A stretch of DNA of 64,000 nucleotides from Massalongia carnosa (Eukaryota). The notes beneath the pieces were generated by a model, which ran no database searches, was not told where the DNA came from, and saw only the letters and a program-made list of their open reading frames with translations. The position numbers and the translations under genes were made by a program. How positions within the stretch are numbered: position 1 is the stretch's first letter; the number at the start of each line of letters is the position of its first letter. Below are positions 48,508 to 61,806 of this stretch, piece by piece. The DNA lies in assembly GCA_965645245.1 (NCBI GenBank), contig OZ287086.1, positions 1,302,001 through 1,366,000 of the forward strand. Reading direction: 5' to 3'.

Positions 48508-50676
48508 GAAGATTTCCCGAGGAAATGCCGCACCCGACGAAATGCCGCATCTTCTCACTTTCCAACCATTACTTTCAAACATGAATAAATCCACCCTCAA
48601 CGCTCGTATCGAGCTCGCAATTGCTGATCTGAATCAGCAAGATCAGCCTAACCTCAGGGGTACAGCTAAAAAGTTTAGCCTAGTCGAAAGTACCCTCCGG
48701 AGGCGCTGGAAAGGCCAAACGGTGTCCCAAAAGGCAGCCGCGTCAAAATACAAGCAACGACTTACCTTGGCCCAGGAAGAGGCCTTAATTCAGCAAATCA
48801 ATCGCCTTGTCGATCGTGGACTGCCCCCAACCGCTATAATTGTACGAAACCTAGCGGAGGAGGTGATAGGAGGGCCTGTAGGGAAGAACTGGACAGGGGA
48901 TTTTGTCCGCCGATACAAGGATAGGCTTAAAAGTCTTTATCTTCGAAATATGGATAGCCAGCGTATAAAATCTGAGTATCCGCCTTTATTTAAGTAATTC
49001 TACGATTTGGTAGCGTGTTAACTACCCATTCCTATTTATTGAATATTAATTATGATCGAAAATAACTAATGTTTCTATTAGCTAGTCGCCGGTGTCGAAA
49101 AATACAATATCACGGGGGAAAACCTTTACATTTGGGACGAAAAGGGCTTTGTGATTGGCCAAGCAAGTGCCACGCAACGTATCATGTCGCTAGAGGCCCT
49201 CGAATCAGGACGGATCACACATGCAAGCCAGGACGGGAATAGGGAGTTTATCAGCCTCCTTGCTTGTATCGGGGCCGACGGAACCGCTTTACCTCCTGCC
49301 TTGATCTATAAAGGCGACTCTGGCATACTCTAGGATACATGGGTTGAGGATGTAAATCCTAATGACGAGGCGTTCTTTGCAGTATCGGCGAAAGGATGGA
49401 ATTGTGATATCCTTGGCCTGAATTGGCTAGAGCAGATTTTTCAGCGTTATACGAAGCAAAAGGCTAGAAATAGAAGACGTTTACTGATAGTAGACGGTCA
49501 TTCTAGCCACGTGAATCTTAAGTTTATCGATAAATGCGATAACTTACGTATTCTTCTCCTGATTCTACCTTCGCACTCTACGCATCGTTTACAGCCTCTG
49601 GACGTTTATCTATTCGCGCCGTTAGCAACGTTCTATACCAATGGGCTGAATAGACTAATGTTCGATAGTCTAGGCATGATAAACATGTCAAAAAGAGCCT
49701 TTTGGAGCGTTTTCTTCCCTGCATGGCAGCAGGTATTTTCGGAGGAAAAAATTACTTCTGCCTTCGAAAAAACCGGTATTTGGCCTTACAATCCGAGCCT
49801 TATACTAAATGTTATCACACCACAGATAATCGAGGCTCCTTCTCAGTCGCCAAAAACACCAATGACAAGCCGTGCTATTCGCCGTACGCAGCGAGCGTAC
49901 GATATTGCGCCTACGAAGTTATTACTAGGAAAGTTCTTCCGGGCTAACGAACGCCTTGCTGCCCAGGACTCTATCAACAAACACGTGATCAAAGGGCTCT
50001 GCAATACCCTTCAGGACGAAAAGAAGAGGAGGAAGAGAGGTAATCGGCTTAGTTTAGTTGGGGAAGAGGACTCAGGCCCTCAATTCTTTAGTCCTAGGCG
50101 AGTACAGGCTGCCAGGATATTTCAAGCAGCAAAAGAGGAAGAAGAAGCACAACGCCAGCTAGATATTAGCGAGAAGCGACGACAAGCTACTGCTAAAAGG
50201 TTACAGAAACAAGAGGTGAAGCTAGAAAAGGTAGCAATCGCTCTAGAGAAGCGGCGATTGACTGCAGAAGCAAAGGTAGCAAAGGCCGCTGAGAAGCAGG
50301 CTCAGAAGGAGTTACGTAAAGCAGCAAACAGATATCCTAAGGGACAGCTCGGGCAGCAGAAGCAGTATACAGGGTCTAATAAAGTTCAAAAGACTCGAAA
50401 GAAGAAGGTAAAGCCGCCTACTCGTGTTATTATCGCTAAAGAGGTAGAGGAGGTGGTTTTAACTACCTCGACTGGAAGAAGAGTCCAGCGCCCAGGGCGT
50501 TTTGCTATGTAAGGTTTTTAGGGTCGGATATCGTGTACATAATTTCTATTTATACTATATTTAAAACACATTCCATTAATCGTTGTAGTTGTTGATTAAC
50601 GACGAAAACAATATTCTAATGCCGAATTGTAAAGTGCGGCATTTCGCCGGGCGCGGCATTTCCTCGGGAAATCTTC
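48508..50676 (+). mobile_element. pogo/Fot1 transposon D inside the LINE; transposase 48581-50512 with stops
   Basis: About 42-bp TIR GAAGATTTCCCGAGGAAATGCCGC.., TA TSD; WDEKGF, DGHSSH, HSTHRLQPLDV; CAA>TAA and CAG>TAG stops. Confidence 0.92.
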
Positions 50677-52001
50677 TATCAAGCAAAACACACGTTATAT
50701 CCCACGATCGCACAACAGGCGCCTATACACAGGAAAAGGCTTAACGCACACAAGTTACTAGACAAAGCGCAAAGCTCACTGGCAACACAGATAAGAACGG
50801 AAAAAACCGGACTGGCCAACTTTCTATATCGGCGCAAGGTCCCAGGTGTGAGCTCGGCGGCATGTCCCTGCGGAAGCCTCTTACAACAGCCAAACATGTA
50901 ATCATGTTCTGCAGACTGCACGAACACAGAACGCACATGCTACGAACGGCAGGCTCGTCAGACTACCGCAAGCTAATCACCGAACCCAAAGCTCAATGTA
51001 GTAACCGCGTGGCTCATGCGCACAGGTATTTTAACACAGTATTCCATTGCCACGCAACTGCTTGAACAGCAGCCGGGCAGTCTCTCTTCAGTTTGAAAAA
51101 CAGGTATCGCAGATTTTCGAGATACAGGAATCAATCCGCGGGAGCGGCGAACCCCCGATGAAGCGGATACGCAGGAGTAGTTTTTCACCTTCGGGTTTTC
51201 TACTTAATACATAGCTTATATAGCATCTCCCGCATGGGCCGGCCTTCGGCCGGTGACACAACGGCGTAAAAATAATCAAATCAAACACCTACAAGGCTGG
51301 ATTCAGCGACTCCATCGATGATATAGCAGGAGCCCTTGAGACCTTACGAGTCCAGATTGCGGACATAAAATCGGAGTTTGAGCCTCACGATACATTGATG
51401 GCCATAGCCCTGATGAGTGCCGTGGAGGACCCTGCATTTGATACAACAAAGCTTTTATTGGAAACGGGAACCCGAGCTTACCTTGGAAGCAACTAAGGAG
51501 GCCTTGAAAGCGCCGGAGCAGCGACTAAAATTCGAAAAGGATGACTCAGTCGAGGATGCCCATCGAGCGGATGCAAAAAAGGGTAAAGGGCCACCAAAGA
51601 AGTGCGACCAGTGCGGGAAACTTGGACATATCCGAATCTATTGCTGGAGCTGGCTCGATGACACCGACGAAGGTCAGGAATGGGAACGCACTCATCCAGA
51701 GCAACGGAGGAAACCGAAGTCCAAATCCGAAACACCAAAACCTGAACCCAAATTGAAATCACGGAGTACCACTAGGCCTACCTCCACGAGCAATACCAGT
51801 TCTTCCAACTTCTGTGGCCGAAGCAAAGGCACTGCCCGGCCGGCCAATGAAGAGGACTTTGACGATGGTGCCAGCAAGGATGAGGGGTGGATGGCCGTGG
51901 AAATAAAAGAGGAGGTTATTGATGAGAAAGTTGAAAAATTAGAAGAAATTTTTGAAGTCCGTGAAGGTGCGGAGGATAAAACTAGTGGCTGGATGCTAGA
52001 C

Positions 52002-52199
52002 GAGGTGCTTAGGGACAGTCCCCCCCCGGACCGTCCCCCCCTGTGTAAATCTTTGCTAGTAAACAGCCATTTCACTGCTTATCCAGGGTGCGTAAAAGCT
52101 AGTAATTCAACTGCCAACAGCACATTAAACTCTTTTCGGTTTAAATCGTATGACGTGTTATTGCTACTAATAATTACCCTACTCGGTCTGATAAAGCAT

Positions 52200-52232
<33 letters not shown>

Positions 52233-53490
52233 TACCATTTGCCCTTGCCTATAAGACAATCGGTGCAGAAAATATGTGATAAGGTGCGGAAAAAAAAATT
52301 AGATCAGGAGATTTTGTGCAATCAACAGCGAATACGTAATTCTAGATTGATCGATAGAAATGCTTTTACGTTACTCATTGGGAAAATTACGCATCATGCC
52401 ATTGGCCTCGTTTCAAGAGAACTCGATGCCGCCAAATCATTAGCTGAACGAATCCTTTCTATTGTCCCTGATGGTGGAAGCTGTGTTTATGATTGTGAGT
52501 TGCCTTTAAGGTACGGTCTCCCATGCAAATGCTGGCTGTATAAATGCATCATCGACTCGGTCCCTATTCCCGTTTCCCTCGTCCACCCCCGCTGGTTTTT
52601 TGATGGCCCACCTTATGCGGTCTCTTGGCAAATGACCTTCGATTTCGCTCGCGGCTCGGAGCCCGAGGTCGAAAAGATCGTCGATGAGGTCGAAGGGACG
52701 GGAGAGATTGAGGCGGATAAGGATGAGGTCGAGCTCGAAGAAGGCGTGTTGAATGAGGATAGATTTCGCCGCGGGGGCCTTGATTTGCTACATTCTGTGG
52801 CATATCAATCTATTGACCTGCATCAATCAATAGAAAATTCTCATCGAAGGGAGGAGTACGCTCGCGAGCATGCTCACATCGTTGAAAAGTTCAATAAGAA
52901 ATGGTAAAAGAAGGAGCTGGTAAGACCTCTCATCCCCACCACATTCCCCGACGAAATTCGGCCCAAAGAAAATGTCAAACCTGAATGTGGTCGATTCTCA
53001 TCGCCGATCCTCGACCCCCTGTCGCGGCAGATGCCGCTAAGCTACGCCATTTCTTCCACACCTTTACCCCTCAATTTGCCGGGGTTAATATCGTTGCTGC
53101 CATGACCCCTTTTCCCTTCTATATAGGTAGCTAGATGTGGGCATTTCCCACATACAGAATACAGCCTTTTTCCATCCTTCCTGAATTCATGTGAAAGGTT
53201 GACAGAAAACCTCATGTATAAGAAAGGAGGGAGTCGTCGACGTGCCTACACTGGTCGCGAGGCAGCTGAGGCTAGAGAAACTGAACAGCGACGTACTAGG
53301 CGAAGAGACTCTATTGAACAAGGGAGGAGGCTTAGATATAATAGATTGCGTGCTGGAGGCGACGATGAGATTGAAGGTGAAACAGTAGATAAAATTTACG
53401 ATATTGCAAAGTTATTGCGCTCGGGTCGGCTAATATCGAGATACTTAGGGACAGTCCCCCCCCCTGTGTAAATCTTTACTAGTAAACATA
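52002..53490 (+). mobile_element. Rearranged MULE remnant
   Basis: TIR-like GAG.T.CTTAGGGACAGTCCCCCCC at about 52002 and about 53438; C..DC...YGLPCKCW..VHPRW transposase C-terminus. Confidence 0.65.
52973..53204. mobile_element. Solo LTR (232 bp)
   Basis: TGTCAA..TTGACA ends, TSD GAAAA. Confidence 0.85.
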
Positions 53491-53699
53491 CTCATCCAGG
53501 GTGTCGGTGATTCCAACCAAAACGGATAAAGGCAAGTTCAATTTATTAATATTGAACGTTGCATCCGTTTCTAATAAAAACCCACCCACGAAACGTCGAG
53601 CCAGCCTAATTTGCTCTGCATTGCAAAAAAAATTGTTCTATCACCCGTCTCTCACGCACATTATTCTTAACAATATATTATGAAACAAAGGAGTACATC

Positions 53700-56600
53700 T
53701 TGGTTCCATTCAACATGCCGGCCTCAAAGGCGTCCGATGGAACGTCGGTTCTGGCCAATATCACCCGTGAAATCCACATAGTGGATGGTCTTAAGGCCAA
53801 TATGCTGATCGGAAACGACGTACTTGGACCAGAAGAATTTGTTATTGATATAAACAAGAAAAAGGCTTACATCGGTAGTTGTGATGTAAACATCAGCCTT
53901 CAGGTCAGACCTCGTGGAACGGTCATCAGCCAGACCGTTCGCACAAAGTCCGCTGTTACCGTCACCCCAGGTGCTGAGTTAAAAGTCCCTGTCAACATGA
54001 TATTACCAGCAGACAGAGACTTTCTTTTTGAACCTACCGATAAAGCAAATGTAACTTTGTACTATCACCTCGTAGATGCACTTACCGCAGAAATCGTAGT
54101 CCGAAACGACTCGCCTATACCAGTGGAACTTCCAATAAAATTCCGCCTCGGACAGGTCTCCGAGGTCAACTATAACGAATGTTTTCACATAGCTGACAAA
54201 GACCTTGCCACCAAACCACCAAAGGTAAGTTGGTTCAAAAAAGTATTAACAGCAGCAGCATTCTTGACTGCTGTTACTATGAATCTACCTACTCCAAGTC
54301 TTTCATCATTTCCCCCAGAAAATTCCATTAAGGTAGCTACCACAGCATCTTGCAACAAGTATGAGACCAAGCTAGCCAACGGTGTCATGACCTATGGCAA
54401 CATGATAGCCACCAGGGCCTATTCAGACCTGGTAGACGAGTTTCCCTCACTATGGAAGGACGAAGGCTTCATTGATGTTCCTGTGAACCAGTGGATTGAG
54501 CTACCCCTTCGCGAGGATTGGCAGTCCAAGGTCTCTGGAAAATCCAAGGTCTATCCCCTGGGAATAGAAGACAGGGGAATAGTAGATAAAACCTTTGACG
54601 AAATGCATCGACAGGGACGATTAATATGGACCAAAACGCATACTCCATTCAGCTACCTTGTTTTTGTCGTCTGGAAGAAAATCGGTGACGTCCGGAAAGG
54701 CCGTGCCGTCGTAGACATCAGAGGCCTGAATGATCTTCTGGTTCCTGATGCCTACCCGGTCCATCTACAAAATGATGTCATAGCAGACCTTCGTGGATGC
54801 ACTCACATTTCTGTCCTAGACGCGAATTCTTTCTTCTATCAATGGCGCGTTCATCCGGAAGACACATATAAGCAAACAATAGTCACTCACCGAGGCCAGG
54901 AGATCTTTTTGGTACCAGTGATGGGCAATCGCAACTCCATTGCTTATGTTCAAAGACAAATGGACACCATTCTTCGGGACTTCCGTGACTTTGTCAAAGC
55001 TTACATAGATGACGTGGTAGTCAGCTCAACGTCCCTAGATGAGCATTTAATGCATCTTCGGAAATTCTTCTCCTTATTCGTGAAGCTTGGAATATCCATC
55101 AAGCCCACCAAGGCTTTTTTAGGCTATTCAGACGTTGATCTTCTCGGGCAGAGGGTAAACTCCCTCGGCATGTCCACCTTCGCGCCATATCTCTGTTGAA
55201 GTTCCCCAAGGCACTGATAAACTTAGAACATTACCTCGGTCTTACCGGCTATCTACGTTCTTTCATCTACTACTATGCAGGCATAGCCCGCCCTCTACAA
55301 GACCTAAAAACGCACCTTCTAAAGGCATCTCCGAAAGGAGGTCAACAACGTCGAAATTACACGTCTCGTACTAAGATAATCCCTACCGAAAAAGAGACTT
55401 CAGCGTTTATAACCCTTCAGAAGCTGCTTAGCAAACCATCCATCCTCATTCATTTTAGTCCACACCGCATTCTCTGGATAGACCTAGACGCCTCCAAAGA
55501 TTTTGGGTATGGTGTTATAGTCTTCCATGTCAAAGTCGGTGTCATAGTACCAATCGGAAAATGGCCTTCAAGAAATCAAATAGAACCCATCATGTTCCTT
55601 AGCCGCCTCCTTACGGCGGCTGAAAAAAACTACTGGCCTACTGAACTAGAGATGGCAGGTCTAGTATGGACCATCAAAAAAGTCAGACACCTTGTCCAAT
55701 CATCGGAGAATCCAACGATCGTTCAGACAGATCACTCCGCTATAATCGAAATCAGTAAGCAAAAGCTAATAACTGCCACTACATCGACCATGAGAATGAA
55801 CGTCCGATTGGGCAGAGCTTCTCAGTTTCTTATTCAATTCCGACTCGACATCAGGCATAAACCAGGCAAAGAGCACATCATTCCTGATGCTCTTTCCCGA
55901 TTAGCCAGCGCCAACGTGAGGTCTATCTTAGCCGATGATCACTCGGAGTTGGATGTCTTATACGTCTATAACACTACGGTCGTAGAAATGAGCAATGACC
56001 TCAGAAAACGTCTTATCGCCGGTTATTCTACAGATAAATTATGGATCAATATAATCCAAATGATAGACACTAACGATAAACTCGACGAGGACGCCGCTAA
56101 AATTCCTTTTGCCCGGGGAAACACTATGGAAATTCAAGTCAATCCAGCTGAGATGAACTCAACTGAAAAATCTACTCAGGACATTTTGCCAATTGGCAAA
56201 ACGGACAAGGATCTCATCTATCACATAGATAGATTCTCAGGTATCAGACGTCTCTGTATACCAGCCAGTTGTGTCAAAGACATATTTGCTATAGCGCATG
56301 GAAATGGTCATCCTGGATTTGCCAGGTGCTTTGAGAGAGTTACGCGTTCATGGTACGTCAGGAACCTGGTACGGACACTACGAGAGTACATACGACACTG
56401 TCCAGAGTGTCTAGTACTTCAGACCAGAAGACATAAACCCTGGGGAAGTCTTCAGCCCATCGACAGCCCACCGATTCCATTTCATACTATTACTTTGGAT
56501 TTTATCCTAGCACTTCCCATCACTAAGGAAGCATGGGACTCGATAATGTCTGTAACGGATAAATTTACCAAGCAAAAAACCATGATTCCTGGAAAGTCCA

Positions 56601-58373
56601 CGTTCGGTGCAGTAAATTGGGCAGACCTTCTCTACGAACGTCTTTCTCTTATGAACGGGGGTCTCCCCAAGGTGATTATTACCGATCGGGATCCAAAGTT
56701 TCTATCTGAGCTATGGAAGGCGATCTTTCATAGACTGGGTACTTCCCTACTCTATTCCACAGCTTACCATCCTCAGACGGATGGAAAGTTCGGAACGAAC
56801 GAATCAAACGGCGGAAATTGCCTTACGTTTTTACATAAGCACCCTGGAGGCTCCAGCTGACTGGCCAAAAGTCCTAGGTTCTATTCAGTCATCTATGAAT
56901 AATTATTCATCTTCCACCACCGGAAAGACTCCTAATGAGCTAGCATTTGGATTTACTCCAAACACGGCCCTGGATCTTCTCAGGGATGATACCGAAATAC
57001 AAATATCCGCAGTTAGAAAGCAAGCTAGGGACGCTATCTCCTTTGCCAGTATGAATTATAAACGGCACTATGACCGCTCACATCAACCTTTGTTCATGAA
57101 GGAGGGAGAATGGGCCCTGCTCAAGCTTCATAAGGTATATTCCATCCCCTCGACCACTGGAGTAACCAAGAAGCTCACTTAACAGTACGTAAGGCTTTTC
57201 AAGGTCTTACAGAAGGTCGGCCGCTTGGCTTACCGCCTCGACGTCCCTCCCCACTGGAAGGTTCATCCTGTCTTCTCGGTAGCACAGCTAGAGCCCTGTC
57301 CGCCACCAGCGACGGACCCGTTTGACCGTCCCAGGCCTGATCATCCACCCACCGTCTTCGTGGAAGGAGACACGGACTACCTCAAGTCTTACGAGATAGA
57401 AAGGATATTAAATAAACGTGTCGTCCGGAAAGGCCGCGGACAGTCCATACAGTACTTGGTAAAATGGAAGGCTACGGACCCGAGTTTGATCAATGGTATA
57501 GCATCAAGGATCTTGACAATGCCAAGGAATTAGTCTATGACTACGAAAAGAGCACAGGGTCCACACTGTCCATTGGCAGTCCACCTACGTCAACACTCTC
57601 CAGTACTGCGGTAGTTACCAAGGAAACACCTGCTATTACAGCACCCGCTGGTGAGGTAGTACAAATGTCAAAGGTGGCTCCCGCTGAAACGTCCACGACT
57701 GGTCCTACAAAGGTCACACCTACTCCACAATCCGCCTCACTAACACCTACTACGGGAGCTATGGTACCCGCTACAAAAGCAGTCGTGCCAGTAAAGAAGG
57801 GTCGTGGAAGACCCAGGAAAGATGGCAGAGTTGGTAAGTAATAATATTGCTACGGGGTTGTAGCAGCTTTATTTGCTCGGGGGAAGTTGTCACGATAATA
57901 TAACATAGCATGCTTTCGTACTCTAACACTTGCTTATCTCCGTGATAAGCCCAGCTTAACCGGGCACGCGAGTGACAGAATTAAATTCACACCGAACCTT
58001 TTTCCTCACCAAAATCACCGGATTTTCTATCATAAACCGTAGCGTTTTTTTAGTTAATTTCATGATTTTTTGAACTTCAAGAACTAAATCAATAATCTGC
58101 CATTCTTGTCTTCATCATCAATCACTGCTTGCAAACTTTTAGGCATTAAATCACGTTGATTTTGGTGGGGGAGAAATTTTGGTGTAAATTTAATTTTGTC
58201 ACCTGCGTAACGGGTAACTCTTTGGTCCTTCGATGATAGGAGCAGGTCCAGATTGGGACTAGTCAAGATTAGCTGTATATGGACGAGCTTGCTCACATAT
58301 CTCTATAGACATCCTTTTACCCACCCTTATTATGATGATTACCTTTACAGGATATCTCCGATCGTTATTGACA
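53700..58373 (+). mobile_element. pol: 5'-truncated gypsy chromovirus: pol (53700-57841, frameshifted) plus 3' LTR 57888-58373
   Basis: YIDD RT, RNase H DASK, integrase H..H/C..C, TAYHPQTDG, chromodomain; PPT GGGGGAAG then TGTCA..TGACA. Confidence 0.85.
57967..58206. mobile_element. MITE with about 58-bp imperfect TIRs inside the gypsy LTR
   Basis: CGCGAGTGACAGAATTAAATTCACACC.. is inverted at ..GGTGTAAATTTAATTTTGTCACCTGCG. Confidence 0.75.
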
Positions 58374-59413
58374 ACTGAAAAGTTTCATGAGTCTACAGCT
58401 CGCTTTTTCGAGCTAAGATATCAATTTAGTCGCATCGATTACTTAATTCTTTTAACGATAAATTAAGTAATCTAAAAATCAATCAATTTCAACTTCGAAA
58501 AAAGCATGAATAAACGTGCGCGTTAAGTTTAAACAGACATTTACGAAAAACGTAAATGAAAATTATAAAAATCTTCGAACTTGATATGATCTGGTTTTTT
58601 CTTTCGGTTTCGATTGTACTGCGAGTAAAGTTTATTCCCTGCAACTTCTTATATGATGGGAGGAACGTTTGAGACAAACAGGAACTTCTATATCCAACGG
58701 CGTTTCTTGACGCATTGAAGATGGTGTGGCCTGTTACGGTCTACCTAGAGGCTAGTCATAGGGACGCCATGAACGAAAACAATAAAGATGAAGAGAAAAG
58801 AAAGACTCGAAAGGTCTGACCCGTCCCTATATACCAACGCGTTCCCTTGCCCTCATGCAGTACGGTCGCGAAAGAGTTTTCCGCGCTATCTCGTGAATCT
58901 CGTTATCCGACCCGTAGGTGCTCGATTAGGTTTAGCTCCTAAAGGCGAAAGGTGGAATCGTGACATGGCCAGTATGTGTCAGGGTCCTAGCCTAACATAT
59001 TACTGAGATGGAAGGGGGATCACGGGAGCACGCGAGGCTAGCGCGACACTCGGTGCAGATATTTCTAGCGAGTCGCGCATAATGATTCTTTTCTTCTTTT
59101 GTAGATCAATTTTAGTTTAATAGCGGTTTATTAGAATCGACGACAGCTTCCTTACAGTATGATAGCAAGCAAGCGAGTAAGTAAGCACGAACGAGAATCG
59201 ATGTGACCTCAGGATGGAAGAGTGAGTCGTCTGCAATGCGAATTGATTGGGATCTACGTATGGCGTGCAAGTTGACTTCAAATTGACAGGATTTTTTGAG
59301 AGAAGTGAAAGAAAGTGAAAGAGCTAACATGATGAGCGTAGCAAAAAAAAAGAAGGGAGAGTTTAAGTATTGTTCATCCGTGAGCTGAAAGGAGAGCCAG
59401 TATGGAGGGAATG

Positions 59414-59576
59414 TGTAGAAGTATGAGGTTATTCGTTTTATTATATTCATGATTCCATGACTCTCTACTTCCAAGGTCGAAAATCATCCAAGTCCAGGAT
59501 GCGTGCCGCTTACCGGAATAGGTCTACTGTTATACGTGACCATAATAATGTCTAGCGCCATAGGTGGTATCCAACA
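59414..59576. mobile_element. Solo LTR, sister of 2807-2969
   Basis: Colinear similarity; TSD GAATG/GAATA (1 mismatch). Confidence 0.8.
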
Positions 59577-60543
59577 GAATAAACAGGATGAGACTTGTTG
59601 AAATAAAAGGGGCTGAGGGAGCTGCACTGAATCAACGAAAAGGATGATATGCTGCGCTTGAAGCTCTGTAACTAAATTGAACTTAAACTGAACTATCTAA
59701 GAAAGAAAGGTGGGATTATTTGCCCAAATATATACACCGAATATGGCTGTCATGGAGCCTTCGAGAAACTTCCATCGCGTTCGTCGCAGGGACCTTGTCG
59801 TGCGATAATAGCGGAATTATAGATTCCCATAGAATGGTCCATGCAATTGTAAGGTAAAGTTGTCGGACCGTTCTTATTGATCTGGAAAATGATGTTCTCC
59901 TTTTCTATCTAAACTGGAAATTCTAGCTAGCTATATAGACCATTTCGCCACATTCTTTCATAATCTAGATATCTTCCAGCCACTTCTATTTACTAATAAA
60001 TCATTAGTGATCCGGAACCCATGCGAGGTACAATGCTTTGAAATCATTGAGTATTAGAAATCAGATATATGGCATAGAAAGAAATAGCATTTGAAAGATC
60101 GAGGCCTCGGTTATTAGTCCGAAATCACGTGCTTTTCCTTCAACAGGATCTTACTTCGGGAATTGGCTTGAACCACGGTCTATTAATATCGACAAAAGTC
60201 ATATCGGGTAAGACAATTAACCTCGGTATGTGGCAAAAGCAAATAACGCCAAGACAGTATGAATCAACAAGACTATATCGACGCCGTCAACCTGTCAAAT
60301 CGAGAGGAATGAAGCCATGTCTCCTGATCTGCAGCAAAACGAGCAATAGCAACGCCTCAACCAGACAGTCAAAGTAAAAGCTATCAAAGAGCCAAACGAG
60401 ATTGTGCGCCTCCTGCTCTGTAGATTGGTTTCGCGAGTAGTATTCGAGTTGCGCGCTAGCTTAGGACGGAGGTACGTCGTGACAAGTAAGAAAGGCTGCG
60501 AAACTGTCTTGGTCTCGTACTCAGAGGTCCTACTTGTGGCAAC

Positions 60544-61806
60544 TTACATGGTATGATCTAACTTCCCATCTCTTATGCGTAGCTCTACCTCATCCTGCGA
60601 CTCAAGCATCAGGGGAGGAATAATGATCCCACATAAATGCGCTGGCACCATCTCATACTCGCCTACCTCATTTCCAACATCCCCATGCCACCACCGGCAA
60701 CCCTTTGCTTGCATACAAATATTGTACTGCCCATCTACCAGCCCATCCACCAGCGCTCCGATATCGATTTTCCTATTAACCAGCGCTCCAGGCTTCAACG
60801 TCACCACATCCTCCGCCTTTGGCCGTCGATCAGCGTTGGAATGAATCAACGGGCCTGTGCCGCGCTGTTCATTCCCCCGGACCATTTTCCCTGTCGCAGA
60901 ATCGAAAACCTGCAGACTGGATGTCGGCGGTTTAGGGGGCATGGTGTCGATAATTCTCATGCGATCGTCGTCAGCGTCGGGTTCGGGTTGGAAAGGACCC
61001 CAGGGAATCAGGAAACGCTGGTGTCCCCGCGTCTGCACCGTGACGGAGTCGAAACCAGTATTGATAACAGAGACTTCCAAGATGGTGCTACTGCCGAGCT
61101 TGGCGTTGGCAAGGGCGGAATCAGAGGATGGGGAAGATGCGCAAAGACGCATCCTTGTCTCTATTCTCGGTGGCCAGGACAGGCTCTTTATGACCGTGAA
61201 TGTCGCGTTACCGGCAGTGGGTTTGCTGTTGACCAACTTTACCAATTCCAAATCGTAGCTTGGATTCTCATTATTGTCGACAAATTGCTTTCGATCAGTA
61301 TACGCCCATCGTTTCACGCCAAGATCCTCGCTCGCTAGTGTTATGATATACTTCTTTCCCGGCTCCATAATGGATGCCAACTCACCATTAACATCGACAT
61401 GACACTGATATACCGTGAAAGCATATCTCCAGTGCTCCGTCCTGTTGACCGGGGATGGTAGGGAAAGGCACTCTACCTCATTCGTGACGACTTTGTTCAG
61501 TCGGCTAAGATTTACATTAACCCAATGCTTAGCGTCTTCGGAATCTTGTTCTTGTAGGCTAAGCAAGCCGTGTGCCAGCGCATATGGGACATCCAGTACC
61601 GAGCCTGCAATGTCGAGGAGCAATGGTCGAGGGTCAGTATCAGCTGGGGATCGACGATAGAGGCCGAAGACTATGCTGAATGGCAGCTGGCCTGAAGCGT
61701 CAAAGACTTGATAACGACTGTGGATTTGTGTGTGGATTCGCAAGTCGTTCATCAGGTAAAGGCGATGAGATGTTGGCAATAGTAGTTCCTGAAGGAGCGA
61801 TAATTC
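60544..61806 (-). CDS. Uncharacterised fungal protein, probably 5'-truncated by the copia LTR
   Basis: More than 410 codons open up to the LTR junction; first ATG is internal (MNDLR). Confidence 0.65.
   Translation of the reverse strand, partial: ELSLLQELLLPTSHRLYLMNDLRIHTQIHSRYQVFDASGQLPFSIVFGLYRRSPADTDPRPLLLDIAGSVLDVPYALAHGLLSLQEQDSEDAKHWVNVNLSRLNKVVTNEVECLSLPSPVNRTEHWRYAFTVYQCHVDVNGELASIMEPGKKYIITLASEDLGVKRWAYTDRKQFVDNNENPSYDLELVKLVNSKPTAGNATFTVIKSLSWPPRIETRMRLCASSPSSDSALANAKLGSSTILEVSVINTGFDSVTVQTRGHQRFLIPWGPFQPEPDADDDRMRIIDTMPPKPPTSSLQVFDSATGKMVRGNEQRGTGPLIHSNADRRPKAEDVVTLKPGALVNRKIDIGALVDGLVDGQYNICMQAKGCRWWHGDVGNEVGEYEMVPAHLCGIIIPPLMLESQDEVELRIRDGKLDHTM

Larger units (their letters stand above)
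45670..51286 (+). mobile_element. Tad1-like LINE insertion, 5'-deleted, with about 2-kb repeat-rich leader
   Basis: TSD ACCTACAAGGC (45659-45669/51287-51297); RT C-terminus FAPHKYEL..RVLGVYID..ASTWG; CPCG..HVIMFC; 3' hairpin CCGGCC-TTC-GGCCGG and (AATCA)n tail. Confidence 0.85.
45043..52000 (+). mobile_element. Truncated copia (5' LTR 45043-45138, PBS, gag) split by a LINE
   Basis: LTR of the TRIM family, PBS GGTTATGGGCCC; gag KLGADNY..W..RFYTYKA resumes at 51298 with GFSDSIDD; CDQCGKLGHIRIYC; breaks off at WMLD. Confidence 0.85.

Noticed and set aside
52199..52231. (ACCCTC)5 as an interstitial telomere
   Set aside because: Unit differs from CCCTAA and is only five copies at a rearrangement junction
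51417..52907. 496-aa ORF as a novel gene
   Set aside because: Chance read-through across copia gag, MULE TIR, microsatellite and MULE transposase fragments
58732..58997. Possible solo LTR TGTTA..TAACA
   Set aside because: No matching TSD and no second copy in the window
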